From Daphnia carinata (taxonomy: Eukaryota), in the NCBI RefSeq assembly GCF_022539665.2, contig NC_081332.1, positions 4,464,001-4,528,000 of the forward strand: a stretch of 64,000 nt of DNA, written 5' to 3'. Positions within the stretch are counted from its first letter, which is position 1; the number at the start of each line of letters is the position of its first letter. Made by a program: the position numbers and the translations under genes. The notes beneath the pieces were generated by a model. It ran no database searches and was not told where the DNA came from. It was given only the letters and a program-made list of their open reading frames with translations. Of the stretch, positions 13,146 through 28,050 are shown piece after piece.

Positions 13146-15375
13146 ATGGCAACATCTTCTTTGGATTGGGGAGCTGCGGCAAACGAAGAGGAAAAAGAAA
13201 TGACAGCAAAGGTTTGAATTTAAATTTCGATATTAGTACATTACTTAAACTGAAGTTGGCGAGGCGTATTACCTGTAATTGAGATGATTAAGATATCCTG
13301 AGTACAACTAAAGTTGCACCCAAAACATAAGTCGTGGCAATTCTGAATATCTGTATTTTATTGTACGTAATTCATCCACCTGTTGGAATTCATTGAACGA
13401 AATGTTTAGTAAACCTAAGTATACCATTTGTGTCTTGGTAAAGAAGTTTCACTAATTTTAACTTTGCAATACAGTTAACAAATGTTAATCTGAGAAATCA
13501 AGAAGAGCCACCTCCATGGATGGTCCCGTCAGAAGAACCTTCTGTAACAACACCTGAGGAAGGCTTAGCAGGAAGTGTTGAGGACAGCGAAAAAATATCT
13601 GCTGCTGAAAAATCACTTCTACAAAAAGTCATTCGGAAAGGCCTTGTTGAAAACCATCATGACCTAGAAATTCAACGAAAAGATCCAAATTCTCCACTGT
13701 ATTCTGTCAAAACATTTGAAGCCTTAAACCTGTAAGTTTTAAACATTTTGCTTTTGCCCATTCATGCTTGAACATTTATGACTTTCCAGCCGACCTGAGC
13801 TTTTAAAAGGCGTCCACGCTATGGGATTTGACGCGCCATCCAAAATACAAGAAACAGCACTTCCCACTTTACTGTCGGACCCGTAGGAATCTAAAATTTT
13901 TCGTTACTCGTGTTATTGTAATCGGCAATTTTTTTTTTTCACTCGATAGACCACAGAACATGATAGCCCAGTCACAGTCTGGAACAGGAAAAACCGCCGC
14001 TTTCGTTTTGGCCATGTTAAGCCGCACGGATGTTTCGAAAAACTATCCTCACGTAGTCTGCTTGTCTCCTACTTTCGAATTGGCCATTCAAACAGGAGAG
14101 GTAGCCAAGAAAATGGCAAAGTTTTGCCCACACATAAAGATTCGCTACGCTGTCAGAGGCGAAGAACGTAATTAATGAAGTCTTTTTTTTTAATGCTATT
14201 TACTATATTATGGAACATACAATGCCTGTTAACTAAAGCCTTCCTCTCCCTTAGTTCCAAGAGGTACGCAGATAAATGATCATATACTCATCGGCACCCC
14301 TGGCAAGCTGTTGGATTGGGGCACAAAATTGCGTTGTTTTGATCTGACGAAAGTTGAGGTCTTTGTCCTCGACGAAGCTGATGTTATGATCGCCACTCAA
14401 GGGCACCAAGATCAAAGCATTCGAATTCACAAGTCAGAATTTTTCTATTGATCTACTAACTTGGTATTCCTATATTTATACGAAAGTTTATCTGAATTCA
14501 GGTTGCTACCTAAAACGTGCCAGATGATGTTGTTCTCAGCCACCTACGACGAAGACGTCATGAAGTTCGCTGAGATGATTATCCGAAATCCAGTCGTGCT
14601 CAAGTAAAGTTTCGCGGCAATCTTGACAGTTCATTTTTCTCCTCTCGCCATCCTTAATCATTGTCGTTTGATCTTATTGATTTCAGGCTACATCGCGAAC
14701 AGCAATCGCTAGACAACATCAAGCAACACTACGTCGTCTGTAAGAGCAAAGAAGACAAATACCGCTCCATTTCAAATATTTACGGCGTGCTTACCATCGG
14801 GCAAGCCATGATCTTTTGTCACGTAAGGCGAATTATATCTTAATCTGGATTAGAATTCTGTTATGAATCATCTTTATCGTCCTTTAACAGACAAGGAAAA
14901 CGGCGTCCTGGCTAGCTGAGACTATGAGTCGAGAAGGACATGCCGTAGCGCTTTTGAGCGGCGAATTGGAAATTGAGCAGAGAATCAACATCATAAATCG
15001 ATTCCGTGAGGGCAAAGAAAAGGTCCTCATCACCACGAACGTCATGGCCCGCGGCATAGACGTTGAGCAGGTTACAATGGTGGTCAACTTTGACCTTCCT
15101 GTAGATCAGAGTGGAAGAGCAGATTGCGAAACCTATCTCCATCGTATTGGTCGAACGGGACGTTTCGGCAAATCCGGTGTAGCCATCAACTTGGTCGACG
15201 GTCCTCGTTCGATGCAGGTTCTACAATACATTGAAAACCATTTCAGTAAGTTCCATTGAGTATGCTATCGATTTGCTTCTAACTTCCATTTATTTTTTGT
15301 TTAATAGAGCGACCCATTTTAAAATTGGATGCCGAAGACGTTGACGAAATAGAGAAGCTCAATAAAGATGATTAA
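13146..15375 (+). CDS. Dbp80: ATP-dependent RNA helicase DDX19/Dbp5 (mRNA export)
   Basis: Multi-exon. Motifs DPNSPLYSVKTFEAL, PSKIQE, AQSQSGTGKT, PTFELA, TPGK, DEAD, SAT, ARGID and HRIGRTGRFG. Stop at 15373-15375. Confidence 0.93.
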
Positions 15376-15803
15376 ACTGTTTGTGGTTGCAGAGTGGAAG
15401 AGGATGGATTGCCATTGTTTTTATGTTTTACCAGTGAAGGCTGGTTTGGCGGATGTTTCAAAGTGGAGAAGTGTTATGCATCCTTAGGTTGTGTACTGGT
15501 AATGCTCTTCACTACCGTCTTCTAAATACACTTTCAAATTTACACACCCGAACGAAGGCTCAAGATTAACCACCTAGGGTAACTTTAACAGAGGCGCTCA
15601 ACAAAATGTACTACGCGTCGTGATTCCATGGAGCTCAGGTATACTCACCAATTATGTCAGATCTACAATCACGTATATTTTTGAAAATGTAGGACTGAGG
15701 ATGGAATAGGCATTCAAGTCTACTGCTATGTATACGTTACATCTGCTTTACAAGGCATCATTTAGGAGCAAAAGGTAATAAGCTTCAATCACATTTTTAC
15801 GCG

Positions 15804-18800
15804 TCAGGGTTTTCGCAATTTTTCAGGAATTCCAGCGTTAGGCTTCAGCTTCATCGCATAGCAAATAGGGCATGTATCCTGTGTTGGTATGAAAAACACA
15901 ATGCTTATTACATTCGAAAAAATTTAGTGGACAAGCATAAAGACAAACCACTGTGTTGAGGCAATCGGTATGAAATGCGTGACGGCAGAAGAAGACAACC
16001 ATTCCGGCCGTCGGTTTTCTGGAATCTACAATTTCAAAATTTAAACTAGTTACGCCTTTCCAAGGTTTGTAAGAAAACTTATTGAATTGAAAGTTGGATG
16101 TGACTTACCGGAAACTATAACTTTCTGATGGCAGGCTCCGCAAATCTGATCATCTGCGAAAGAAATAGCATTCATTACTAATTGGATACAGCTCATTTTT
16201 GGCACGTTTCGTTACACACTACCTCGAATCGCCAAGCCTCGTTGGTGAATTCTGACTAGCCTTTCATGTAGACTGAAACAGTCGCTCACAAGAATTTTTT
16301 GACTCTCTTCTTGCAACGAAATCTGTTCCAGTGAACAAAGCACGTCTACTTTATTGCGGTACTTGAATTGCTATAATTTTTCAGCCTTACTAACCTGCAA
16401 ATTATAGTCATGCAAAATTTTTACAAGTGAATCACGTAGACCGGGCACCTGGTAGAGAGAAACGATAATCGAAATCCGATATGTAGGAGAAACTTATTTT
16501 GATTGTACCTCTACTCCATATTCTATACGTTGGATCAATAGACGTGGATCGACATGTGTGCCAATGTTACGCAGTAAAACATTGACAAACTCTGGGAACC
16601 GATAACAGCGGAGAATTAATCGCCACATTCAAATAAGGTATGAGATTTATCAGTACCTGGTTTAGCTAGAGAATATCCAATTAGTTGCTCCCATAACTCT
16701 GGATCGTCATAAGTTTTACAAAATTCGATGGCCTGATTGATGTCCTTCAATTGACCCATAATTAGACGAAGAGCGTCTCTAGTATTGCCCATACGAGCTA
16801 AAATTACAATGATTTGTAATGGGGAAAAGAAATCTTTTGTCACATTCTGTGCTTACCCAACAGGAAAATCATTTCCGGTATGTATCCTCTTTGTTGGCAA
16901 ATATCTAATGCATCTTGTATAGGGTAGTAGTCGCTGCTGCGCAGAAAGGAAAGCAGTTTTTCTTGGGCGTATTCAGCATACAATGTGACTAATAATCCAT
17001 GGAATTTTCGGCTGCCCTCTTTTGGTTCTTTCATATATAAGGCATCCAGATACTACGGCAAGTGAAATTTAAAAAAGAAATTCAAGTTATGAACTTAGAG
17101 CTTTCTAACCTTAAATAGTAATGGCGTTTTGGTTTGCAGACGTGAAACGACTAGATCAGGTGGAATGTGTTCGCTGTGTTCGAGAAATAAGGCGCACGCT
17201 TGATTGGCATCAAGCTCCATTAACGCGAGTATTTTGTCGTGAACCGTCGGGAAGAGCTGGTGTTGAGCAATTAGTCGAAAAACATCGGCATGCTGGAGTC
17301 TTATCGTATTAAAAAATCAATTTTAAACGTTTTCCAATGGCTCGAATTTATGCAGGTAAACTTACTTGAGATACATGGCCAGGGCTCGGTCGTATTTCTT
17401 TTCGTGCGAATACAAAATAGCCAAAGCTTCTAGGAGTGTGGAGTCATCAGGATCATGCCGAAGAATGTGTTCGAGAACGGCGTTCATTACAGCAGCAATG
17501 TTGTAAAGCGTAGGACTCCATTCTCGCACGAGCCGAAGAAAACCCTGAAAATTAAATAATGTCATTTTCTCACGTAATGTCAACTAAGTATAATTTTCTT
17601 TCTTTACCCCAGAGTCTGTTTTAAGAAACTCAAAGAGCACCATCTCGTAAATATGTGGATCCAAACGGCACTCTCCCCGTGGAAGATACGGGGTCACTGC
17701 TCGTAACTGGTGTAATCGAGCAAATTTGAAGACCTCTTCTTCCCAAAGATTCTTCTCTTTACCTATGTAAAGCAAATCGAATTGTTAAATTGGGGTAGAA
17801 TAGATGATTATAATCAACCAACTAACCAAGAATTTTCACACAGAGCTTGGCGGCCGCCTGGAACTCCCCATTCGATAGAAGGAAATCGAGGTAAGTCCTA
17901 CCGACCTGGAGGGCCGAATAGCACTTCAGTTCACGGGCTTGCGGTCCCGTAACGGCCTCCAAAGCTTCTTCATACTTTCTGCAATGCAACAGGTATATTA
18001 TTATCAAGCGCTAAGATGTTAGGATATTTTTTTGCTACTGGTGTTCCATTAGCCATTGGACATGATCATCAGGATTGCGGGGCTTGGCCAAAACCACATC
18101 CTTTGGGCTAACAATGAAAAACTGACCCTCTTCTGCCAAACATTCTGTAAGTTAAAAAAAACATCATTATAATATTAAATCTAAAGCTAGGTAAAATCTA
18201 TTCCACACACCCAAGTGATATTCGTTGCAGGCGTACTCCTGAAAGCCACGAATAGATAGAACATCTGCCGAAATCTCATTGTAGCTCTCCTGGTGCGGTT
18301 CGATCAGCTTCATTTGGGGTCTTTGACCCTTACCCAATAGTTCTTCGTCTTTAGGTACCACTAGTAGAGCTAAATGATTGCCCAACCATCCAGCTCCAGC
18401 CACGAACGAATCAATATTGAACATGGATACTGTGAAAGAATGCAAGAGGTGTTAACGAAAATGCAAATGAAATAACAACGATTAGAGTGTGTGTGTTATA
18501 CCAATTTCAACATAATATGACGGAAGATTTAGCCGCTCAGCGTCGGCATCTGGGCGCCGTCGAATGACGCAGACCTTGACATCATCGGCCCAAGCCACTA
18601 CAAGTGTTAAATCATCTTTCCAATACAAAATACAGCGGTAGTTGTCCGCATTGATTCTGTAGAATTAAATTGCTTTAATAAGTAGTTAAAAATTAAGGAA
18701 ATTAATACATACCCCGAGCTTATATCTTTTTTGACAACGCTGATTACGCGACGTATTGACATGTCGAAGACTCTGACTCCCGTCGTGCTCGCCCAAGCTA

Positions 18801-19521
18801 GAAATCTACTTTTCCATTTAATATTAGTGATTAAACCTTCTCCTTCAAATAAGGTACTCGACTTTAGGCGAGACAGAAACACTTTTTCATGTAGGATTAG
18901 CCTATCGTCGCCAGTTACGAATCTTCTACCAGAGCCCGACTTGTAGTATAATGGGTCAAGTGCAATAGCTTTAACAGGCCGATCAAGCATCAAAGTATGG
19001 CAGTTTTCTGTTGAATAGAGTCCAGATACCATGACCTAGTCAATTTAAAATAACTATTAAAAAATCTTAGTTGCAACTGCCACAAATTATGCTATTATCA
19101 CCTTTCCATCGTTTGAACAGCTACCAATATAGTCTCCCCCACTATCTATATCTACCATTTTTATTGCCATCCCATGGGTAGGGAACTCCTGTTGCTGTGA
19201 TGAATGTCCAAGGTGATCAAGTAAATGCAAAGCTCCCCAGTTTGTCCCTAGACACATAAACTATGTAACAATGAAAAAAAAAAAAAAACTTTACACATGG
19301 GTTAGATGCTAGCTTAACTATTCTCAAACCTTTGGATGTACTGCAATACAGCTGGCTGCATCTTTCTTTAATATGTTGGCAATGTCATTGGACAGCCGCT
19401 CATACTTTAACTTTGGTTCAACTTCTTCTTCTTCTTCATCTTCATCAGCCACAAAGCTGTGTGACATCTCAGCAGCTTGCTCCACAAAATCAAGGTCACA
19501 CTTGGTTATGGTTTCTTCCAT
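15804..19521 (-). CDS. Vps41: Vacuolar protein sorting 41 (HOPS subunit; Drosophila light)
   Basis: Multi-exon. [16 protein letters not shown]...[10 protein letters not shown]40 region, clathrin-repeat region ([36 protein letters not shown]) and a C-terminal RING-like [13 protein letters not shown]...CPIC. Confidence 0.93.
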
Positions 19522-20620
19522 CACAACCTACAATCAAAACATTCTTAAAGACAGACTGTATAGTGCTGTAAAACCATAGTGACGGTCACCGTCGTATTGG
19601 AAAAAAAATATATTTAAAGTGAGTTGCTTACGTTTAGTAAAAACCTTTAATGAAAAATGGTACAACTAGCAATTGCTTAATAGCTTATTTCTTCAACATT
19701 TTATTCCATAGTGCATCATAAAGGGGTGTCAATTGCAGACGACTATAGTGTTTGTTTTGTTTCCATATTCGTGTTTGTTTGTTTGTTTGTTTTTTAAAAT
19801 CCTGATTTGTAGAGTTATTTCCAACTTTAATTTGTAGTTTTTTAAAGAGAAAAACAGATTTTTATGCTATATTTTTTTTGTTTAGGAAGGAAATTATTCG
19901 TAACTAATTTTTTTATTCAAGAAAATTGTAATGCGAACAACAAGCTAAGATCATACTTGGCAACACCGGATGATTCAGAGTGGTTTAGTTTCTGTGAAAA
20001 TTCAAGAAGGACGAGATGTTTCCCTCTCTTCAAGAAATATGGTAATTAACAATTATTAGTCAGTTTCTGAATGCCAGTACCCATTTACTGAAGATGCAGA
20101 ACTAAAAACGTGTGCAGCGTTACATTTTGACTAGCTTCCTCAGCTAAGGTTCCGTTTGCTATTTGACGTAGTCATTGTAATTTCGAAATTTTTGCCAGAC
20201 AAAGCCTATAGATACATTTTAAGTTGATTATTTTTTCTTATTACTTGATATTTTCAAGGTTTGTCAATATGCGAGAGGCGTTTATTCCACCAGTAGGTCA
20301 GTAGCCCAACACACAGCAAAAAACTTGGTAAGTGCATTTGTTTATATATTACCCACAACCATGCATGAATTCTAGTCATTAAAGAAACAGTCCAAAAACC
20401 ATTATAAATTTCAACTGGATAGCTAGTTATGTCTTCAGTCAGGCATGTTTTCAACCCACTACACTTGTTAGATTATTGATGAAGAAGTCATAATAGCTTC
20501 CACTAAACCCAATAAGTTTTTTTTTCGAATGATTTCATGTTCTAGATGCAATGAAAACCCAATGTGCAATTCTTTTTATTCCTGTCTTGATATATCTGCA
20601 ACCATCTTTGATGAAGATGG

Positions 20621-23600
20621 TTACTTTACGAACTTGGCGAAGTCGATTCCGCTTATGCTTATGCATGGAACGGGCTTGTTTGGGCTAGAAAGACAAACGA
20701 AGAAAAAGAATTTTTTGGTAAAAATTTTGTACTTTTAAAGAGCTCATTAGTAAATTGTTACCCCATTGGGTTGCGGAAGACGCTGGGTTGAATTTGCTGG
20801 ATAGTTCCATCACTGTTGTCACAGATGATGCGAGCAAGCGTTACTTTCTTGATTTCGTTCACTTGAACTGATCATATTTGTCGTTTTAGCAAAATTTTAG
20901 AATTTTTAAATGCCAATTTGGTCTTACCTGCAGTGAAAGAAACATTTTGCGTTGTGTCACTATAGAAAAATCGATCTGATTGCCTCAAATTCTCAAATTG
21001 TTTTGCGATTATGTAAGTAAATGTTGGTCCCACGACAGACCCTGGCAATCGATCCTCAGTTACTCCGCCAATGTACAAATCGATATCCTTTACTGATTCG
21101 TAAACTTTTTTGAAGTAGTTAATAATCTGAAACAAACGCATTATTAGAATTCTTGCATGAAACAATTCAGACTATCGGTTCAGGACAGTCAGAATACAGT
21201 GAACGAAGGCAACTGGATTCCCGATTGTGCACAAATTTGATTAGCTTATTAATTTTGCTTACTTCTGGCGAAGTTGTCGTATTCAGCTGATCCATTGTGG
21301 TGGGGAGGGGCGTTTCCGGTCTGTCTTTTAGCCATTTCAAAGCAATTTGTCGGGCAATTATATAAGGTGGCATGCCTTATTTCAAACAAAAGAATGTTGT
21401 TACTGCTTGAAAAAGAATTTAAATCTGCTTGTTTGGCGCGAAGTTTGAATCTGATTTGCTTTAAAGTTGTAAAAAAGTAATTTAATATTTTAAACCGTGA
21501 TCGCGCCCGCGTTGCATGTTGATTGAAATCAAATCGCCGCCCAGGGAGGCCGTCTGTGTTCTGAAATTCAATTTTGACAATAATTACTTTTTGGCCCATA
21601 GTAGTTTTTGAGATTGTTGGAAATTGAATTATACCGCAGTAGTTGGCTAGTGATGTCGTCAGCAAAGCATTCGTCCACTGTTTGAGCCGGAGATCGTGTT
21701 AGTCCGCGTATTGCGTTGTCAAAAAAGTTAGTGTAGAGCAGGCGAGTAGCATTGTTGAAAGTGCTGCCGAGGAAAAAGCTCTGGTTGCTTCGAGTTCCAT
21801 CAGCCTCGTACAGCCTAATCAACGGTAGCCGTGTAAAACGGTACAATTATTTCTAAAATTCCAGTTCTCACCTGATGAAACTTCGCAACTGAGAGTGGCC
21901 CATACGATAGGCAGCAGCCGTAAATTCGTTAAACATTGCAGGGTCAGAATTTGGATTGTACGGTCCAGTAAATAGCCCTTTGGGTCCTGAATCGACGACG
22001 TTTAGATTTTTTAACATTTAAAGTAGAATTTTCAAATTTGACTTTACCAAGAATGACCGATAAATACTCTGTGTAAGTGATATGCTGTAACTCGGCAATC
22101 ACGATGCGACGTGCTTCTTGATAGTAGTACTCGCTCGATTTGCTTGCTCCGAATTTAGCAAATAATGCATTAGCTATACGATTATGCTCACGCAGCCAAA
22201 GTGTGTGCAGGACCGTAAGCAACGGCTGTTGACGTAATCTGGTATCACCTATGCGTCAACAGTTCATTTGAATTAGCGAGATAATCATGGTCAGTGAAAC
22301 AGTGGGTAACCATGCCCAAGAAATTGAAAGAGCGATACTATTAGAAAGAAACATGAAGCATTACCCCCTGTAAAGCACGTCGTAGCATCAATGCATGTAT
22401 TGTTTGGATCATTGGGGCAGCAGGTACTAGCGAGCGGGAGAAAAACCTTTCCATTCTGGATCGATACTTTCATTAATCCTTTGGTTGAGTTAAGGTCACG
22501 CAGAGATTGAGCTGTTGCATTAGTGACTCCGTAGATCATGGAACCATCGATCCATGGAGTCAATAAGCTGATCTTGATTTTTTTGTTTAAACGAAAATTA
22601 GTTGGAATTATTGATTTCGTTGACTGCCAACGAAAAGTTAATACCTGTTCCCTGCTGCGTGGCGTACTGCCGTTGAGATACAAACCGAATGAAGTACGAA
22701 CCATGTTAATGCAATTGGCATTAGTGTAAACAGGATCATTGCTTGGGATGGCGATGTGTAGGCACTCGGGATCGGGATTGGCCGTAACGTTTCCAAATCG
22801 ACCTCCATCGCAGCAGCTAATAGTTCCCCCGGTACCTGTTAGTTTAACCAGACATTAGCGATTAGGTCGTGTTTTATGTCTTATTTCTTTGACTCTTTAC
22901 TGTTTCTCGCGGCTGATGCTTGTGCGAAATCATGGTCTAGGAATTGGCCCCATTGCATTGTCATTAATGATGCGTCATTATTTGAGACACTCTCATTCAC
23001 GGTGACAATAGTCGTAATTAAGCGGGTACTCGGCAAAGGGGCGCCTGATGCTGATAAACGAATCTTGGAAATACCTGCATTTTAAATGACTCGTTTCAGT
23101 ACATTCTATTGATAAAATGCTGTCCTTAATTTTTTTTATATTGCGCAATCGATAGTTTTCTTTTAGTGGTTATTCCCTTAAAATTTTTTAAAGAACGATA
23201 GTGCAAATGTATCACATTACCATCGGCGTAGGTTGCGGGGCCCATCAGTCGCTGGTTAATCGTATTTGCTTGTCCAAAGCGTTGGTTTTTCAAATTGTTG
23301 CAAGTTCCGTCAAAGGTGCGATATTTGTATGTGGGGTCGCAAACTGGAGCTGATGGTAATGGTAACTGTCTGCTGGAGCCATTTTCTCCCATCTATCAAT
23401 CAACAATAGGAAAAATTTAGCGCGTTGTGTACTTCAATTTGAGGATTAGACTTGAATCATTTTCCAGTTAAAAACATCGCAATGTCTTGTTTTAATTTGT
23501 CGTTTTCAGAACATAGTTTTATTTTGAACGTAATTTGAGTTTTGGACGTATACTTTAAACAACTTACCGACAGTATGGTGCCGAAAGACAAAATGAGTAC

Positions 23601-23624
23601 AACTAAAATATTGATGGGTGTCAT
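20621..23624 (-). CDS. Secreted animal heme peroxidase, tandem copy 1 (chorion peroxidase/peroxinectin-like)
   Basis: Signal-peptide exon, [65 protein letters not shown] and [12 protein letters not shown] box near 23680. Confidence 0.92.
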
Positions 23625-24195
23625 TTCGATTAGATTTTTTTTTGAAACTGTGGTTTAGTACAGAGACATTACCGTGTTTTATAGGAATTAAACACGTGGC
23701 TCAGGCGCACACATGCGTCAAAATTCCTATTTCCGGCAGCCAGTCAGTTAGTTCGTCCTTTTCTCGTTGTTGACGTCAGCTTTTCTGTCCAATTAAAGAG
23801 TGTTGTAAAAAAAAAAAAGGTCATATGATATTTAGACCCAAAAGTAAAAATAAAAAAAAAGCTTACCCCAGGTGAACCTATATCCTGAACGACACGAACG
23901 GATATCCATCTTGTTTCTGGGTGGCCCCGTTCCTGCGCAGGTGCTTTCAAATATTCCGTTCATACAGTATATCACTCGTGTGCAACCGTTTTTTTTATTG
24001 ACCACAGATTAATATCTTTCTATTTTCTGGGGGAGGGGAGGCGGGGTTTGTGTTTGTGTGTGACCAAACACGTAGTTAGGCTGCAGAGAAACAGGAAATA
24101 GCTAAGTGTTGGCAACTGTGGAGCTATATCCTTTTACCACTTAGTTTTTTCGTTTACCTTTTTTTTTTTTTTTTTTGGATAAGAATCTCATCGCT

Positions 24196-24760
24196 TGAAA
24201 CCGATCACGATATTTCACACGCAATGCCAGATTTTTTTTTATCGTTTTCACTAAAATTTGTCTCTTTGGACGGGTGGCCCTTCACCTCCGAAACCATTAG
24301 AAAAATTTTTTGAAACAAATTGTTTAGTGCCCACTCTTTTAGTATGTGAGGGAAATGACTAACGTTTTTTCCCCCTATATCTTTGATATTCAAAAAAGGG
24401 CCACTTGGCATATCAACGCAGTAAAAACTACTGGTTGCTTTTATCATGTTGTAGTATAATTCGATCGATTATCTTCTTTGCGATTGCTATATTTTTTTCT
24501 ATTGTTTTTAGCTATTGTTTTTGTAATGTTGGTTTTTTTGACGAAACGCCTTGTTTTTCGCTTGAAACAAGCAAATTGAAACGTGATTCTATCACTCCTT
24601 TTAACGTTTTTTTTATAAATGGCCTCATCGTAGGGTGCCTCAAGCTTTGATACAATTAACATGACGTTAAACCTTGTCCAGTTATGGTTCACGCTTTAAA
24701 ATGGGATGTGCTTCAAATGGAAACATTTTAAGGTTTTGTCCATTGCGTGATCGGCTTTAA
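24196..24760. mobile_element. Possible degraded non-autonomous DNA element between peroxidase copies 1 and 2
   Basis: AAACCGATCACG...ACGCAATG near 24198-24226 is an imperfect inverted match to CATTGCGTGATCGGCTTTAA at 24741-24760. The interior is AT-rich and non-coding. Confidence 0.3.
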
Positions 24761-25276
24761 AAAACACAACCAAAGCGGCCAAAATACAGTGGGTTGGATA
24801 GCGTGCTTAGCAAGGATTTCGAAAATGCGTTCAAGGTGTCGGAAGGCTTTTTAAATGTTGGGTTGGTTTATGGGGTTCCTATCTGTGTAGGGGAGTAAAG
24901 TGGTGATTTTATCACACATCTGGTCACACGCTCGGTTTTGACTGATCGACCCCACTTGTGAAAGGTGAGAACAGAGCGCAGTTTAAAAAAGAAACTCCAT
25001 TGCATAACTGTAAGGCAGATAACTTTTTCGTGAACATTTCGAAATTAACAATTAAGCACGAGGTTTGTGGAACGAAAAGTGTATCATTCATCCCACTATG
25101 CGTTGAATTATTATTCGTTTTCCCTTTTTTAAAACTAGTAATAATCTATCTTCCACAAACCCAAACAATGTTTCAAATATTATTTATTCATAGCTGGTGC
25201 TTCTGAAATGTCCAATGCTTCATGTTTAAAAGTTTTTTCCCCCCTTCCACGAATGAAAAGAAATCGGTCCATTCTT

Positions 25277-28050
25277 CTAGTAGTAGTTGAAATTGATCCC
25301 CGGTATGTTGGAGCAAGGAATCGGCATGTTATACCTGAAAAGAAAATGTTACGTATAGGGCAAAATTTATAGGTTAATTGCCAGTTTTATCGTGGATTAC
25401 TGAGAGGGCCTGCGGAAGGCCATTGGCTGAATCTGTGTGATTGTTCCGTCATTGTTGTCACAAATGATGCGAGCCAGACTTACTTTCCTAATTTCATCGA
25501 ATTGACCTGTGTGTAAAAAATATTGTTAACGACCAGTTGTTAAGCATTCGTTATCTCTGTTTCTATCCTTACGGGGAGCGAAAGAAACCGTCTGTCCAAG
25601 GTTGGCGTAAAAAAAACGATCCGACCGTCTCAAATTGTCAAACTGCTGGCCAATAATATAAGCGAATGTCGGCCCAACAGCAGCGCCAGGCAGAGGCCGT
25701 TCTGTCACTCCACCGATATATAAATCAATATCTTCCACTGATTCGTACACTGCCTTCAGACTTGCGATGACCTACAATCGTGTCGTTTAGATAAGTTTTT
25801 TCACAAAAAGATTTCATCTTTAGGTTCAGCTTAAGTAAAGACAAAACAATTACTTCTAGAGAATGTGTCGGGGCTAGGTCATCGAATGTCCTTGGTGGTG
25901 GAGGAGGAGGATACGGTTGTAGGCCGGAGTTCTGCAGTGCAATCTGTCGGGCCATGACGTAAGGTGGAAGTCCTGTGGAATTTCAAAATCTTTATTTCGT
26001 CCCTCTTTGTTTCTAAATTGATGATATTTCTGTTTCTATGGAGCTTTTAAAGGATAACTGTCATTTCGTACCGTGATCTCGTCCGCGTTGCATGTTAATT
26101 GCAACTAAATCAGCACCAAGGGCAGTTGTGGTCCTAGTTATAAAAATGATTTTGCGTTACTCGATTTTGTGGGTGGGTAAAACGTGAAAACGGCGCGGAA
26201 AAACGAAACTTACCTGAAAAGTTGACTTGTAACATCGGGAGCAAAACATTCGTCTACCGACTGGGCGGGAGTGAGCAATTGACCACGTAGGGCGTTGTCG
26301 AGAAACTTGGGATTGAGAAGGCGGTAAGCACCAGTAAGAAATGAATTACCGAGAAAAAAGCTTTGGTTGCTTGCGGTTCCGTCAGCTTCGAAAAGTCTGC
26401 GAATGCGTATCGATTAGATTATGAAAATCAGGTTAAAATTTGTTCTATACTTTATAAAACTCCTCAGCTGAGAGTGACCCATACGATAGGCAGCAGCGGC
26501 AAATTCGTTAAAGATTGCCGGATTGAATTGGGTATCGAACGGAGGGACCGGATTCTCAGGACCTGCGTTTTATTCCCCCCATCCTTAGTTCCCTTTCTCG
26601 TATTGAATATTGAACCATGTTTTTTTTTTTGTTACCAAGAATAACGGGAAGATATTCTCTGTAAGTTATGTGCTGGAACTCGGCAATCACTATACGGCGA
26701 GCTTCTTGGTAGTAGAATTCATCAGACTTGCTTGAACCGAACCTTGCGTATAGTGCCTTTGCTACGCGGTTATGTTCCCGAAGCCACAAGGTGTGCATTA
26801 CCGTAAGCAATGGCTGTTCACGCACTCTGTTATCGCCTATTGCAACAAAAACGATTGATATTGTAGGATTAATTCTGAAGCTATATCTTCTGTGTATCGA
26901 AAAATGTCATTTAAATACCCCTTTCATTTTTTACCTGCCACAAAGCAATCGGAGCATGTCGATGGTGATGTGGGTAGCAAAACTTGGCCATTTTGCACAG
27001 AAAATGCTAAAAGACCTTTGCCTGAACTTTTATCTCGCAGCGATTGGGCAGTGGAGTCGCTGTTTCCGTAGATTTGCGATCCGTCGATCCAGTGGGTTAT
27101 AGCATTAATCTTTTAGATACAGAAACAGCACATTGTTTTAAATATATAATTGTGCGAACGAATGGGAATGTGCATACCTGTTGTCTACGTGTTGGCATAC
27201 TGCCATCGAGACGTGGGCCATAAGAGGAGCGAATCATGTTCATGCAATTCACGTTGCTATAAACGGGATCGTTACTTGGTATGGGAATGTGTAAACATTC
27301 CGCGTTCGGATTGGCAGTGACGTTCCCGAATAGTCCTCCACCACAGCATCCGACAGCTGTTGTTTAGAAGAAAAATGAAACTCTTTTTCAAACGACATTT
27401 CCTCTTTCAAATTTACTTATGGTGAATTGTGGTGTCTGTGTTAAATCGTGGTCCATGAATTGACCCCATTGCATTGTTATCAAAGCAGTGTCATAATCAA
27501 AGACGCTACTGCTTACGGTGACTGTAGTAGAAACTAGACGTGTGCTTGGCAATGGGTTTCCTGATTTCGCCAAACGGATTGCTGAGAGATCTGTGCATGA
27601 ATGTAAAAAACATGTTGCCAATCCTCAAATTTGCGGGTTTTTTTTCCAAATTTAAAGTATTTGATTTTCGTGATTTGTTTATGCGAAGTTATAAGGCGTC
27701 TTGGGAAAGAATTAAAAACTGCGAAGGAATTTGAAATTACCATTAGAATAGGTTGCTGGACCCATTAATCGTTGGAAAATTGTGCCTGCTTGTCCGAAAC
27801 GCGGGAAGCTCAAATTGTTGCAGGTTCCGTCGAATGTGCGGTACCTGTAGTTAGGATCGCATGTTGGTGCAGCTGGTAACGGCGTTGCTTGCCGGACGGA
27901 TGCATCCTCGTTCTGTTTGTCAGTTTCCGCAACGCGCAATTATTGAGAAATGTTTTTTGTAGTTAGCGAAAATGAAATCTCAAATTCTTTTGGACTTACC
28001 GATAAGGTACCGGCGGCCAGCGCTAGTATTGCTATTAGAATAAACACCAT
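25277..28050 (-). CDS. Secreted animal heme peroxidase, tandem copy 2
   Basis: Same exon layout as copy 1. [23 protein letters not shown] and [13 protein letters not shown] box near 28110. Confidence 0.92.

Noticed and set aside
19970..20330. Possible small spliced + strand ORF upstream of Vps41
   Set aside because: It has plausible splice sites, but the exons are very short with no recognisable product, so support is insufficient.
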